Below the pieces are notes generated by a model. It worked only from the letters and a program-made list of their open reading frames with translations, searched no databases and was not told the origin of the DNA. 64,000 nucleotides of DNA from contig QPMI01000553.1 in the NCBI GenBank assembly GCA_004431415.1, positions 291,441 through 355,440 on the forward strand. The letters are read 5' to 3'. Within the stretch, counting starts at the first letter, position 1; every line of letters begins with the position of its first letter. Positions 23,618-36,432 of the stretch are shown here, piece after piece. Position numbers and translations under genes: made by a program. Source of the DNA: Cyanophora paradoxa CCMP329 (Eukaryota > Plantae > Glaucophyta).

Positions 23618-26600
23618 CTATCCACCTGGCAATAGTACAGGATCGGGCGGGGTGCGAATGCCACTGGCAATCCAGTTTACAGAGAAATAGTACGGCTCCG
23701 CAAGAATACACTCGGTGTGGCATCGCAACTTTCCAAAGACTTTTACCGCTGTTGTGTTGTTGTAGACCGGATTGCCGTTAAAATCATAGCCGTTGTGAAT
23801 GCTGACAACGCATAGCGTGTTTTGTTCCAACCAATTCCATATGTTAAAGTCTTCTTGGGCACTTACTGCTATAGAGACCACGATTGAGGGGTCGTGCAAG
23901 TATTCGATGGCGAACGTCGCGGTACTTGTAAAGGTCAATATTGCGCCTACGCTAAGGGACTGGGCTGGGATGCTGAAACTCATTTTTCCAGAATGGATGT
24001 AGCACCCGGTGTTAACGTCGTCATAGCCGACGTATTCTTGATGATAGTGCGTGAAAAGCGCGTACCGTCCGTCGTGGTTGTGTGCAGACGGGGGGAAGGT
24101 GGCTGGCGTGCCCGTAACTTGAGTTTCCCAATCCACGGTGACGTTCGTCAAGTCCGGGGCCGTCCAGTCGCTGATTTCTGAGATGGTGTGCTGGTGATCT
24201 GCGTGGGGGTACGTGCTCGGCTTCCCCGTGATGTTACCCCACGCCCAAGTTGCTGGAATTGTCGGTATCGTCGGCCTCCCTTTTAGATCTTGGTACTCTC
24301 CTGTATGCGCCACGGCCGCCAGCTGCGGTACGGCGACGCCCACGGTGCTGACGGCCTGGCTCGCCCCCGGCGCCATGTGCCACTCGTAGTTCTGCGATGC
24401 AAAGACGGGCTGGCCTGGCTCGGGTGCCCAGTACTCGATGCCTTTGGCGATCTTCTTGGTGTAAGGGGCTGCAGGCCTGTCCACCAATTTATCGACGTAC
24501 GCCTTGGGTACCAGCCAGTTGGCCTTGGGGCTCTGCGAATTGATCCCGTTGTCTATGAAGGCCCCGTAGTTCCTGAAGGCCTCGGCCTCCCACCAATCCT
24601 GCATGCGGAAGGTCCCGGGAATTTCGAGGCGCGAGTTGGCGTCCGCCAGGCGGGCCACCTGCGCCCCTCCGTTCGACGAGACGCCCGAGTGACGGATGGC
24701 CGAGCCGAATTCGCGCCTTAGGGCGTCGATGTGGTTGATTCTGTTGAGGCCCTCCTGGTAGACCGCAATTAATACGCGCTTCCTGTTCTTGGCCTCCGCC
24801 GTCATCATTTCCTTTAGATCCAGCATCACCTGCTTTAGGCCAATGTTCAGGGCCAGTAGCCCATCCTGCATTGTTTCCGTGAGCTGCGACAGGTATAGCA
24901 CCGTTGCACGATCAATTTCGAGCAGAGTCTTCTGGTCCTTGGGGGTACGGTAATCGTTGATTGCGTTGTCGAGTGCGTGGATGAACTTCTGCAGGCTTTC
25001 GGGCTGCTTCTGGTTTCCAGCGTCCATCTTCAGCGTTTCGATCTCCATGATGAGTTTCAGCGCCCCGTTGTCGCCGCCCCTTCCGGTAAAAACGCCCATG
25101 GGGTTGTCGCCTAGCTCGCCCTCAATTCGCCGAATCCGCATCCTCAGTTGCTCGGCCTCGGAGCCGAAGGTCTCAATGCCCCACTCGACCATGTCCTGCG
25201 CGATCTTGCCGATGAACTGAATCGTATCGGCTGCCCAGTTGATGGGTACATAAAAAAGTTCTTGATGATGGTACCCACATCCCTCTTGTTCAGGATGTCC
25301 ACGAAGACGCCGGCGATCATTCCTGCGAGGATCGACAGGCCCATGCCACCCACGAACCCAATCTTCATGCCAGGTCTCAGGAACTGAAGGCCGGACGTGA
25401 GCCCCTGCTGAAGGCCAAACGAGCCCACGGTCATGATCATGCTGTCGCGGAAGTTGTCCATGAACTGCGCTTGCGTGATCTGTCCGCTCTCCAGGGCTTG
25501 GTAGGACGAGAGTAGCCCGCCCAGTGCCGTCAGCCCAAGGCCGGCCGCCCCGCCCCCAGTCGTCTGCCGGCCCTTGAGCCCGTACCCCAAGCCCGGCGCC
25601 CACCAGGTCGATACCCGCCCCCTGGAAGAGGTCGGCCACACCAAAGGGCATGCCATCGTTGTTGGTCGTACCTGCCGCGGAGAAGAGGGTCTCGGCGCTG
25701 AAGGCCTCCTTGGCCACGCCGGGTCGCCTGGCCCTCGGGCGCCCCAGGAAGGCGTCGCGCTGCTCTTTGGTGGTGAATCGCTCGAGGTCGAAATCCGCGA
25801 GGGCGTCGGCGGTGGCGCGGTTCCAGTCGCCGTAGGGCATGAGGGCGTTGCGCAGGATGGTGTCGGAGTCGCCCATCACGCGCCTGTCGAGCGTCTGAAA
25901 TACGCCCTCGGAGGGCAGGCGGGCGGTGCCCGGGCGCATTTCCTCCACGGAAACGTCGTCCCTTTCCGCGAGTGTGATATCGTCGGGGCTGGCCGAGCCC
26001 ACGCCCGCGCCCTCGTCGGCGTAGGCCCTTCCCCTCCTTTTTAAGAGTTGATTGGCCTCCCGTTTCAATGCTTGGTACTCTGTCTCTACCTTGGTCTTTC
26101 TCGCCTCCTCCTCTGCCGCCTTGCGCTCCGCAATCTTCCTCCTCTGCTCTTCGATGTCAGCTTCGCGTTTCGCGGCGTTCTCTATTGCTTGGCGCTTCCG
26201 CTCTTCGATCAGCCTTTTCGCCTCTTGTTCGTCCTCTTTGGCCTTTCTGTAGCGCTCCTCGATCTGGCGCTGGGCCTCGCCGCCTATCTTTTTCAGTGTG
26301 CTCACTTGGGCCAAGGTTTCGGATTCCGTTCGAATTTGGAAATTGACGGGTGGGTGTTTTTCTTTGAGTCTCGCGAGATCGCCGTTCATCCTGTCGTTTG
26401 CTGAAAAGCTCTCCGCGGGTACAATCTCTCGCAGGGTCGATAGGAACCGGTTCTGTGTGTTGACGAGGCTGAAGATGCTCTGGTACCTTTTCTGCGCCTC
26501 TGGGTTTTTCGGGCCCAGTTTGGGGTTTCTCCTCAGCTCGTCGAGGAACTCGTCCCTCCGTCGCTCGTACTCTTTGAAGTCCATGTTCGCGAGCCATCGC

Positions 26601-28827
26601 GTGGCCTCGGCCCGCAGCTCCGGGTGCATCTCGTTTGCGTCCCCGTATGCAGTCCAGATGGCCTCTGTGATCGGCCTTTGCACGGATTCTCGGTTGAAGA
26701 ACTCCCACCCCGAACCCGGCTGCATCTTTCTCCTCAGCTCTTCGGCGTCCTGTTTGCCCCTGCCCGTCAGCTGGTCCATCACATACCCGAACTGTGCCAT
26801 GTCCTCTCTCAGGGCGCGGACTCTGTCCCCGGTCGCTTTCCTTTTCTCGAGTTTTGCGAGCTCGGCTCTGAAGGTTTGCATCTGTGTATTCCTGTACTCC
26901 TCGAGGCGCAGCTTGCGCCGCCCCACCTTTGGCTCTTCTAGTCTTGAGAACTCGTCATCCGTTGCGTTACGCATCGCATCGAGTCGCGCCGCCTCGTCCG
27001 CCCTCCGCCGCTGCTCTACCGCATCGAATAGCGCCCTCTGGTCCTCTAATGAGAGGCCGATGAGCTCTTCCACTTGGTCGCTTCTACCCAGCCGCGCAAA
27101 GGGCAGCCTCTCGGCGGCCGGCCTCGGATCGGGCCTCGGCGTCGTCTGCGTCTCGGCCGTCCCCATGGGCGAGCGTGCCTCCGCGGTGGCCGCGTACTTG
27201 AGCAGCCTCTGCGCCAGCTCGTCCGCGTTGGCCTTGAATTTTTTCGACTGCTCGTCCGCTCGCTCGGCCGCCTCCTTTAAATTTTTGATCTCCTCCCGGA
27301 GCCTGTTCGCCTCCTGCACCGCCCCCGTTTGCAGCTCTCCGGCCTTTCTCCGCGTCTCCTCTTCCTCTTCTAACAGCTGCCTTCTCGTCTCTGCCTCCTT
27401 TTCCAGCTTCTTCTTCCTGTCCTCGATCTCTTTCCTCTGCGCCTCGAGCAGCTCTGTGCCCGCGGTCAGCGCCTCGATTTCCTGGAGCTTCTTCGCATTG
27501 GCGGCTTCCCTCTGCTCGTTTATCCTCTTCAGCTCCTCCTCGGCATCGAGTATCATTTTTGTGCGCTCTTCCGCGACCTGGCGCTCTGCCGACCTTAGCG
27601 CCGTGAGGGCGCTCTCTTCTTGCCTTTGCGCGTCTGTCATCAGCTTGTTCGCTTCCGCCTTCTTCTCCGCGACCTCTGTCATTTCCTTGTCTTTCAGCTC
27701 GCTCCATTGCTTCTTTTCGTTCTCGAGTTTGTAGTACTCGCGCTGCGCGTCCTCGGTATCGAATTTAATGGGGGGTCTCGCGTTCAGCTCGTCGATTTGC
27801 CTCACGAACCCCTTCCGATCCTTGTAGTATTTGATGCCGCCTACGATGAGGGCGCCCCCGAAGATGGCCGTTGAAGTGGCGAGGCCTGCTACCTTATCCA
27901 TGCCCTCCCCGCCTGAGCCGCCGCCACCCGAGCCGCTGCTGCCCCCGCCCCCGCCCACTGGCGTGCCGCTGGAGCCCCCTCCGCCCCCGTGCCTGTACCC
28001 CCACCCCGGTGCCTGTACCCCCACCCCCGGTGCCTGTACCCCACCTCCCGTGCTTCCACCACCCGTACCCCACCCGGAATCGCACCCGGCACCTTGGGCC
28101 CGCCGATGATGTCGTCGTACAGGTGGCGGTGCGCCCAGTCCGTGATGTCGGCCTTCACGTGCGGGTGCTTGACGAGGGCGTACCTCTCGTCGTGGAAGTG
28201 GTCCTTCAGCGCCCAGTTCTGCGTCTTCGCCCAGTCCGAGCGATCGGGGAGCACGTCGGGCGCCGTTGGGATGCGGCCCCGCCCGTCGTCTCCGGCGTCT
28301 CGCCCGTCCTGTCGGCGCTCAGGGCGCGGATGTTGACCTTGAAGTGGTCGAACCACGCGAAAAACTCCTCCCTGTCGCGCCTGTACTGCTCGGGCTCCAT
28401 GCTCGGCAGCGCCTGGCGGCTCCAGTAGATGTGGCGCAGGGGGCCCGCGATGCGCTCGAGTGCGTTGTACCCGGGCCTCACGTCTCCCTCTGCCCCCTTT
28501 AGAGTCAGTTTCACGAGGTTGAGGGTGGCATCCTTTGCGGTGACCGAGTTTGCGATTTTCACGTCGGCCGCCCTCTTGATAATGTTCCAGTCCACGCCCG
28601 TCTCGGTCGTCACGCCCCAGAGCCCCTTGATAATTGCGGTGAGGTCACCGTAATCGTCCAAGGTACCGACGGACGTCAGGAAATCGCTGTAGGTCGCGCC
28701 CTTGCGCAGCCTTATCTCGTCCGCGTAAATTCCCTCACGCTCAGGCTCCCGTCTATCGCGAAGGCGCCGTTCAGCACCTCGTCCGGATTCGGGATGGCCA
28801 TGCGCCAGGGTCGTCGAGCATCGACAT
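23618..28827 (-). CDS. Very large coiled-coil/fibre protein, frameshifted in several places
   Basis: A 1468-aa ORF plus upstream fragments; long E/K/R coiled coil; phage-fibre-like H-x-H repeats (HQHTISEISDW, TFPPSAHNHDGRY, DHFHDERY). Frame switches near 25250, 25650 and 28000-28800. Confidence 0.6.
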
Positions 28828-29356
28828 TTTATCCGCGAGAGAGAAAAATTAACTAATGCTCCGCGTCCCACGTCCACTTCAGCTTGCCGCTCACCTCGCC
28901 CGTTGTCCAGCGGCCCACGGGCACCTGCCAGAAAACGTCGGCGTAGGGTAATCGGGCCTGATAGTGATCTGCTCGTCACGCAGCCAGCGGTAGGCCTCGG
29001 AGGCGTCGCGAATCTTTGGCTCCCAGTATTCCCCACCCGTGCCGTTCGGCAGCGAGTACCCCTCCCTTGCTACCCGTACCCTGTAAAAGTGATCGCCCAT
29101 TAGCGTGTCTACCCCCTGTACTCGAATTCTACGATTAAGGCCAAGTCCTGCCATGCGCTCTCACCGAGACGGATGTGACTGAGGCTGTGCAGCAGCCCGT
29201 ATTTAATTGGACCAGAGGCGGTTACAAGATCGACTCTGTAAGTAAGGGGCGAGGGGTAGCCAGGCACGCCCGTAAAGGTACGCGTCTTGACGCCCGAGCC
29301 CTTTCGCGGGAATATGATCAGGCGCATTTAAGGGGGCCTGCGAAAATCTAGTCGGC

Positions 29357-29806
29357 CTACTTAGCGTAGGCCCAGAGGCCGAAGTTCTTGACGATGAAGG
29401 CGTTGTTCTTCTTGGTCGCGCCCGTGATGTCGGTGAAGCGCACGCGCAGCTCCTGGAATTTGTCGTACGCGACGTAATTCGGGCGCACGGCCATGGGCAC
29501 CTCGAACCAGTAAAGGATGGTGTTTTCCAGGCCGTCGTGGCCCCACGTCGGAATCACGACCTTGTTGATGCACGAGTTCACGTTCGAGATGGTCGTGACG
29601 TTCAAGTCGGGCGCGTCCATCAGCAGCACGTTTACGGTTTTCGCGGCGGTGGGGTCCGGAATCGCGGTCGTGTCCAGCTCCAGGTAGACTCCCTTGATCT
29701 GCAGCGTGTCGACGTCGGAGGGGATCTGGTTCAGCTTGAGGCGCCAGAAGCCCTCGGAATCCTGCGTTTCTCCGTTCGACTGGACGTAGAGGTTAACGCA
29801 GGACAT
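29357..29806 (-). CDS. Putative minor capsid (penton-like single jelly-roll) protein
   Basis: Beta-rich; C-terminal FQELRVRFTDITG resembles IRELTVEFRDYYG of the penton at 51454. Confidence 0.45.
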   Translation of the reverse strand: MSCVNLYVQSNGETQDSEGFWRLKLNQIPSDVDTLQIKGVYLELDTTAIPDPTAAKTVNVLLMDAPDLNVTTISNVNSCINKVVIPTWGHDGLENTILYWFEVPMAVRPNYVAYDKFQELRVRFTDITGATKKNNAFIVKNFGLWAYAK

Positions 29807-30042
29807 TTAAGGGGGGGCTGAGAAATTAAGCCCGCTTCGGTCCCATGTTCAGGAGGGTGGGCCCCACGAAGTAGTAGCCCGCGAATTGTGCGAGGAGGAT
29901 CCGCAGCAGGTAGTAGCGCGCGGGCGACATGTACGCAACGGCGCCGAGGGTCAGGAGGCTGCCCAGGTAGCGCGAATCGCTGAGGATGTTGTCGAGGCTC
30001 GGCAGGGACATCATTCTCGGGTTTAAGGCCCCTTTCAGAAAT

Positions 30043-30399
30043 TTACTTGGGCATGAAGAAATTCCTGACGCGCTCTCCCTCCTCGTGCAGCGCCCACTGC
30101 AGCCGGTCGATGACGGCGGCCATCACGGGCGGGCTCGCGGCGGGGTTTTTCGCGTACGCCCTGGCGTCCTCTGCCATCTGGGGGTGGTACTGCTCGACCC
30201 GCTTGGCGTAGCTCGCGATGGCGCGGCGGGTGCACCGATCCAGGTCAGCCGCCATTTCCGCCGGTGCCTTCGGCTGCTGCTGCTTCTTTCGCGCGTAAGT
30301 CCTAAGAAGCCAAGGGTAGGCCGTGGTGCTGCTGCTGGTGCTGGTGTTGGTGGGCGCTGGAGCCTCTGCGCTGGGGGCTGGTGTCGCGGGAGTCTCCAT
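30043..30399 (-). CDS. Hypothetical protein
   Basis: ORF preceded by the TTTTCTAG motif. Confidence 0.5.
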   Translation of the reverse strand: METPATPAPSAEAPAPTNTSTSSSTTAYPWLLRTYARKKQQQPKAPAEMAADLDRCTRRAIASYAKRVEQYHPQMAEDARAYAKNPAASPPVMAAVIDRLQWALHEEGERVRNFFMPK

Positions 30400-30696
30400 T
30401 TCCCATGTTCTCTAGAAAAAAACGCGTACCGGTCTGCGTCATCTGAATGTCCACGTGGTGCGGGCCTATGTTCTGGACGCTCTCGCGCCTCTGCTCGGGC
30501 GGGGCTCGGGCTCGGGCTGCCCGCGGCGCACGACCCTAAGGGCCGCCGCCTTCAGGGCGCCCAGCACGGTGTTGGGGCGCACTCGCTCCGTGCCGCCCAG
30601 CAGCTCGGAAATCAGGAAGAGCGCGCCGCATACGACGGTGATGACGTCCGAGTGGGTGCATTCCCCCTGGAACATCTTGCGGGCGCGTCAGATTAA

Positions 30697-32668
30697 TTAA
30701 CCGCGGCCCCTGCCCCTTCCGCGCCCCTTGCCCTTTCCGCGCCCGCGGCCCAGCCCTCCGATCTCGGCGGCCTGCGGCGCGAAGCGCGGATCGTCCGAGG
30801 GGGCGGACTCCGTCTGGAAGATGGAGAAGAGGTAGCCGTCCGTGTTGTTGTCGGTGTTATTCTGGTTGCGCGCGTGCGACCACTGCTTCAGCAGGTCGCG
30901 CCGCTGCGTCTCGGGCAGCGTCTTCGTGAGGTACTCCTGCAGCCGCCCGCCGTAATTTTCCTCCGGGATCAGCTCGGCGAGGATGGTGGGCGGGTCTTTT
31001 CCCATGCCGATTCTCCCCCGGTTCAGGTCGTCGATGAGCTCCGCGTTCTGCAGGATTCTCTCCGCGTCCTGCCCCGCCTCTTGCTGCAGCTGCTCCACCA
31101 GCCTCCTTCCGGCCTCCGCGAATTTGCCGGCCAGAATTTCGCCCAGCCTCTCGTAGACGGTTGTCGTACCCGGCTCCTTTTCCTTGAGTACCACGACCCA
31201 ATCGTACTTTGCCCAGAGCACCTGCAGGTTCGATATGTGGTCGATCGTGACGAGCACGTGGGCGTGCAAGCAGCCGTCGGTCGGCCCACTTCCACGCCCC
31301 CTGCACGCGAATTCCGATGATGGCGTTTGCAAAGGTATCGTCCTTGTACTTGCCGTCCTCTTCCTTTAAATTAAATCGAATGAACTTGTAGAATTCGGCG
31401 TCCGAGAGCACCTGGGCCAGGCTGCCGCGGAAGGCCTCCACCTCGAATTCTCTCGCGGCGCCCAGCCTCTTGTGTGTGTTGAAGAGCACCCAGTACCGCG
31501 ACTGGCGCGCCTGTCGAATATCGTAGCGCGTGCTGCCGTCGGCGTTCTTTTTGTTGAGGATGAAAACCGAGCGGCCCGTCTCGTTGATTTCGGTGATGAC
31601 CTTTTCGAGCGCCTCCAGCCCGTTGGCCCTCGCGGCCTGCAGCCCCGTTTTCGTCTTTTCTATGTTCTCCCTCACCTCCGTCGATTTCCTTAGGATCTCG
31701 TCGATCCTGCTCATGTCGGGCGCGGCGATATCCTGCTTCCTAATTTTCTCCTGGCCCGACCCCGGCGCGATGGTTGACTGGCCGAAGGCGGCGGCCATAT
31801 CCTTGGCGGATTTCGAGGCCTTCGTCTTCGGGCCGCCCAGCACCGTCTGCGCCATCTGATTCTGCGCCTGCGTCGACACGGCCGTGGTGTCGCCCCTCTT
31901 ACGCCGCTGCAGGCCCAAATTTGCGAGGAGGCCGCGCTCGTCCAGGAATCGGTAGCACTGCATGCAGAGCCACGAGTTCTTCGGGTACACCGGGGGCAGC
32001 TGCGCGGGCTTCTTGTCTTTGATCGGGGGGTACTTGTTTTTTGGCCTTTGCGCCTTCGCCCACTCGTTTGCCTTGTCGACCTTTTTCGCGTAATCGGCGT
32101 ACGCGGCCTCCTTCTTCGCGGTCGCCTCCGCAACGGCCTCCGCGGTGCCCTTTTTGCGGGGTATGCTCGGGATTTCGTACATGAGGCGCAGGCAGCGGTA
32201 GCAGACGGGCGGCGATTTTTGGGCGCTCTGGAAGGCGCGCGGGATGGCCCGCAGGCGCTCCTCGGGCAGCGCGTCGTAGAACTGCTTGCTGTGGATGCTC
32301 CAGAACGTGGCATCTTTGTAGTAGGCGTCGAGCGCAGTGGTTTCCGGTACCTGCACGCGCGTGATCGGATCCTCGAGAATTTTAACTACATCCGGGATGC
32401 CCTTCTGCATTTCGATGATCTGCCCATTTTCGCCCTCGACCAGCACGGCCCGCTTTGGAATTTCGACTATGGGCATATCGAGCTCGTTGTATTTCTTTTC
32501 CTTCATCTTCTTCCCCCGCTTCCCCTTTGGCTTCGGCTCATCCTCGGCCTCTTCCTCTTCTACCTCTTCCTCTGATTCCGACTCTGGCTTCTCCTCCTCT
32601 TCCTCGTAAGCCGACCCCTCGGACTCGCTCTCCGGCTTCTTCTTACGGCCTCGGCGCTTCGGAGGCAT
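30697..32668 (-). CDS. Long HUH-superfamily endonuclease (N-terminal basic/acidic region and CxxC pairs); frameshift ~31290
   Basis: Joining two ORFs gives YWVLFNTH (motif I-like), CLHAHVLV (HUH) and EYLTK (YxxK). CYRC and CMQC pairs lie upstream. Confidence 0.7.
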
Positions 32669-32691
32669 ATTTATTGGCTACAAGAAAAAAA

Positions 32692-33549
32692 TTACACGAG
32701 CTTTACAGCACCCGTCTCGAGGGCCTCTACCGTCTTCGTAATGTACAGCTGCAGCAGATCCTTAAGGTTGCTCTGCGGTAGCAATTTTACGTCTACGTGC
32801 ATCTGCCTGGCGGTTTCTCGCTTCCTGTAGCCCGTCTCCTTGCCCGTCCACTGCATGCCGAGGGCGTCCTTTCTCCGTATCGGCCGCACCGCCGTCTTCT
32901 GGTACTCCTCTCCGAACCAGTCGTCCTTGTAGAAATTCGGCAGGCCGCCCTGCCCCTCCGTCCGCATGAAATCGATGAGGAAATCCGACGCCTTCTTGCC
33001 GTCGAATTGAACGCGCGAGTAGTGCACCAGCGTGAGCAGGATGTGCGCGTGGAGCCGCCCCGACCGCGGCCCGTACTCGATGCCGATGTTCGCGTTGCCC
33101 CTCTCCACGTGCGTGTCGTACATGTCCGATTTAAAATCGAGACCCTTGGGGTTCGCCTTGTCCGCGTATACCCCCATCTTTATGCACTTTGCCAGCTGCC
33201 TGTCGTCGTAGAAAAGGGCCTCCAGCCCCCTGTGAAAGGCGTCTTGAACCTTGGAGCCTTCTCCCCTGCTCCGGGGCTTGTAGTTGGTCTGGATGGTGAT
33301 CATAAAATTCGACTCGCGCTGCGGCCTCTGCTCGACTACCCCGGACGGCGTCGTGAAGGTCTTGGTGGGCGCCGCGTCCAGCACCTTCTGGAACCACGTC
33401 TTGTCGGGTGCCAGCACCTTGTCGTTGATGTTGCCCACCACGATGTGAGTCTCTACCCGGGAGCGGCCGGAGGCGTCCATGCGGAGGTGCGGGTTCGGGG
33501 CGCGGGCTTGCCTGTTTGCTGCTACGCCCCTCGCGATGAGGTTGAGCAT
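32692..33549 (-). CDS. HUH-superfamily (Rep-like) endonuclease
   Basis: FMITIQTN, GRLHAHILL and LYITK match the order of rolling-circle motifs I, II and III. Confidence 0.75.
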   Translation of the reverse strand: MLNLIARGVAANRQARAPNPHLRMDASGRSRVETHIVVGNINDKVLAPDKTWFQKVLDAAPTKTFTTPSGVVEQRPQRESNFMITIQTNYKPRSRGEGSKVQDAFHRGLEALFYDDRQLAKCIKMGVYADKANPKGLDFKSDMYDTHVERGNANIGIEYGPRSGRLHAHILLTLVHYSRVQFDGKKASDFLIDFMRTEGQGGLPNFYKDDWFGEEYQKTAVRPIRRKDALGMQWTGKETGYRKRETARQMHVDVKLLPQSNLKDLLQLYITKTVEALETGAVKLV

Positions 33550-33781
33550 GTCAGATCAAGGCCTAGAAAATTTTCCGAGGCTAGGGTGAGCTTCCACGTG
33601 GGGCCCCGGGGTACGCCTGCGCCTCACCTGAGCGATCACCTGAGCCTCACATGAATCACCTGAGCAACGCCTTCTGTCACATCTGCGGCCTCACCTGCGG
33701 CTGGGACCCACTCGATTGCGTGAAGCCAGTTTGCCACTTCTGCAAGGGCGTAGCTCAGCTGCAGTACGAGGACTCGGAGGA

Positions 33782-34612
33782 ATGGCAGACTCTGGCGAAA
33801 TCGATCTCCTCCTCCGAAACTTTGAGCAGATCCAGCGCTACGGCGCCATCCTTCACGACGAGGGGGACCCAGACTTCGACACTCCGGCACCGTACCCCGC
33901 CGCCGCCGCCGCCATCACCAGTTCCTACCTTGGAGCCGGAGAGCGCCCCCGCAAGCGCAACCGTCGCACCCAAGGCCCCCAAGGCGAAGCCGCTGTCCCC
34001 TGCGGAAATTGCGGCTCTACCGCCCTCGTTGGTGTTCACCTGGATGGGGATCTGGTTTGCCAAGGCTGCGGTCTGGTCCTGGATCTTTATTATCCGGACC
34101 ATCAACCCCTGGCTGTCAGCGAAATCCACAGCAACTACCTGCGGAAGTACCACGTATCTGAGCGACTTAAGCAGCACTGCCTGGAGGATTCTCCTGTACC
34201 CGAGGACGTGCTGGCAGCTATTGCGAGGCGCATGGCAGGGAAGGAGTGGAGCAAAGACAATATCCGCCAAGTTCTCCGGGCTCTGAAGCAGCAGAAGTAC
34301 ATCGAGCGCTGGGCGCAGATCAAGTGGCGCATCACGGGCGAGCGCCCGCCTCCGATGAGCGCGGAGGATATGGACCGGGTGCAGGAGATGTTCGCCCTGG
34401 TGGAGGTCCCCTTCAGCATTTTCAAGTCGCAGGGTAGGAAGAATATGCTCAACTACAACTACGTTTTCAGGCAGATTTTCGTGCTGCTAGATTTGCCCCA
34501 GCACCTCCCCTACTTTCCCTTGCTCAAGAGCAGGCAGAAACTCTCGGAGTTAGATTCGATTTGGAACAGGATCTGCGAGTACAACGACTGGCATTTCTTT
34601 CCTACTCTTTAG
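33782..34612 (+). CDS. Viral late transcription factor 3 (VLTF3)-like
   Basis: Zn ribbon CGNC..CQGCG; C-terminal RKNMLNYNYVFRQ...FPLLKSRQKL...IWNRIC...W.F.PT is typical of NCLDV VLTF3. Confidence 0.92.
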   Translation: MADSGEIDLLLRNFEQIQRYGAILHDEGDPDFDTPAPYPAAAAAITSSYLGAGERPRKRNRRTQGPQGEAAVPCGNCGSTALVGVHLDGDLVCQGCGLVLDLYYPDHQPLAVSEIHSNYLRKYHVSERLKQHCLEDSPVPEDVLAAIARRMAGKEWSKDNIRQVLRALKQQKYIERWAQIKWRITGERPPPMSAEDMDRVQEMFALVEVPFSIFKSQGRKNMLNYNYVFRQIFVLLDLPQHLPYFPLLKSRQKLSELDSIWNRICEYNDWHFFPTL

Positions 34613-34957
34613 CTACTCTTTAGTGATCGCGGCGGCCTTCCGCTCGAGCGCCTGCTTGATTCCGAAGCTCGCGCTGGTAGCCTTGATTAGCATGTTCGTC
34701 TGCCCGTGTGTAAATCCGAGGATGAACATAATTCCGCCGGTGGGGTCGTCGTCGAAAAACTTGAGGGTGAGCACGTATTTCGAGAGCAGGCCGAGGGAGA
34801 GGCCGTTGACGGCGACTTGCGCGGCGAGCTCGGCCGCGTGGCCCGCCCTATTTTCGCCTTCGTGCGAGGAGAAGGCGGCGTCGATGAGGGAGCCGGATGC
34901 CAGGCCGAGGGCGTACTGCACGATAGCCTGGGAGAGCCCTAGGAGCACCTTTGACAT
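34613..34957 (-). CDS. Small membrane protein (possible envelope protein)
   Basis: Three hydrophobic segments and a DDPTGG motif. Confidence 0.55.
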   Translation of the reverse strand: MSKVLLGLSQAIVQYALGLASGSLIDAAFSSHEGENRAGHAAELAAQVAVNGLSLGLLSKYVLTLKFFDDDPTGGIMFILGFTHGQTNMLIKATSASFGIKQALERKAAAITKE

Positions 34958-34991
34958 TTTCCTGGGGCCTCGGAAATTTTTAAGGGCGCGC

Positions 34992-35336
34992 CTAGGCGTC
35001 GGAGTCCTCGTCCTCTTCCTCCTCTTCCTCCGAGCTGGACTCTGAGGTCGCAAAATCGTCCGGGTCGCGCACGTAAATTACTCTGTCTCCCTCTTCGTCT
35101 GTCATCTCTTCCGAGCTGGTGTCCTCGCTGCCCAGCGACTCAGCCGCGGCCTCGTCCGCCGCCTCCGACGTGAGGCGCTCCCAGTTAATTCCCAGCGCGT
35201 CGCAGATCCTCTCCAGGGCGCTGCTGACCTCGCCGTCGTTAAAGGGCGAGGAGGGGTCGAGGCTGGCCTCCAGGAGGCAGTCGTAGACGATAGACTCGAC
35301 ACGGAAGACGGAGGCGATGTGGGCGCTGGGCGACAT
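34992..35336 (-). CDS. Acidic hypothetical protein
   Basis: ORF with a D/E-rich C-terminus and the upstream motif. Confidence 0.55.
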   Translation of the reverse strand: MSPSAHIASVFRVESIVYDCLLEASLDPSSPFNDGEVSSALERICDALGINWERLTSEAADEAAAESLGSEDTSSEEMTDEEGDRVIYVRDPDDFATSESSSEEEEEEDEDSDA

Positions 35337-35362
35337 GCTTACGCACGTAGCCTCAGAAAAAA

Positions 35363-36432
35363 TCAGGCGAGGCCGCGGTGCTTTCTAAAATTATCTATCA
35401 TGCCGAGGAGCGTCTTGTCCACCGTGCCGTCGTCCGGACCCACGAGATTTTCCCCGTTGACGGTTTCGCCCTCCCAGTACTCCTTGGATCCGATTCGGAA
35501 CGGGGGCGGCTCCTCGGCCTTGTAGACGTAAAGGACGTCCAGAGGGTTCGTAGAGTTGTTGGAAGAATCGATGATAAGGCAGTGGTTATCCTGCGTGTAT
35601 TTATCGAGCAGGTAGTAGAAGGCGCGCTGGGATATGATGTCGCCCCACTCCTTTGCGAGGGCCTCGCGCTGCATCGCCTGCGAGCACTTGAAAATGACAG
35701 CCAGATCAGTATTGGAGCGCAGGACGGGATTGATGCCCTTGGCATACTGCGTCGTGATAAGGGTCATGATTTTGTAGTGGCGCCCCGCCACGAACAGCTC
35801 GTTGAGGCCTCGTCGTACCGCAGCCGCGCGTCGGAAATCACGTCGTCGAGCAGCACGAAAAATCGCGGGTCGACGGGATCTTCCTTTCCGGCCAGCACGT
35901 CTTCGGACTTGTTGTGCTGCATGATCGCCTGCTGTCTCCTGAATAAATGGAAGAGCACGCCCGGGTTGTACTTGGGCCAGATGAAGCGCTGGGGTATGTA
36001 CTGCTTCCAGTACCCGTTCAGGCGATCGGTCTGGCTGATTACGATACCCCCCGGGAAGGTGCCCGAGAGGTTGAACATGAGATCGCGAAGGAAGAAGGAC
36101 TTGCCCGTGCGCCGCTTGCCGACACAGACGACGGTGGCGTCGGACTTCACGGTGTTCACGTCGAACCATTTAAGTTCGGGCAGGCAGGCCATGCGCTCGA
36201 TGCCGCCCGTCTTCGAGTTGTCGAGGAAGGCGTTGACCTGCTCGGGCGTGAGCTGCATGCCGTCCTCCGTCATACCCATCGCGCAGCTGGCGCCGGCGGC
36301 GGGGGCGGTGCCCGAGCCCGAGCCGGTGGCCTGGCCGGCGGGGGCGGGGGCCGCGGGCGCTGCGCCTGCGGGCTGGGCGGCCTGGGGCTTGGCCGCCTTC
36401 GGCTTCTTCGGCTTCTTGGGGTCCTTGGCCAT
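35363..36432 (-). CDS. A32-like genome packaging ATPase; frameshift ~35808
   Basis: Walker A GKRRTGKS and Walker B FVLLDD, then ELFVAGRHYKI...TQY...LRSNTD in the adjacent frame. Confidence 0.92.

Noticed and set aside
26298-27734. 478-aa plus-strand ORF
   Set aside because: Antisense shadow (S/F/L-rich) of the coiled-coil gene.
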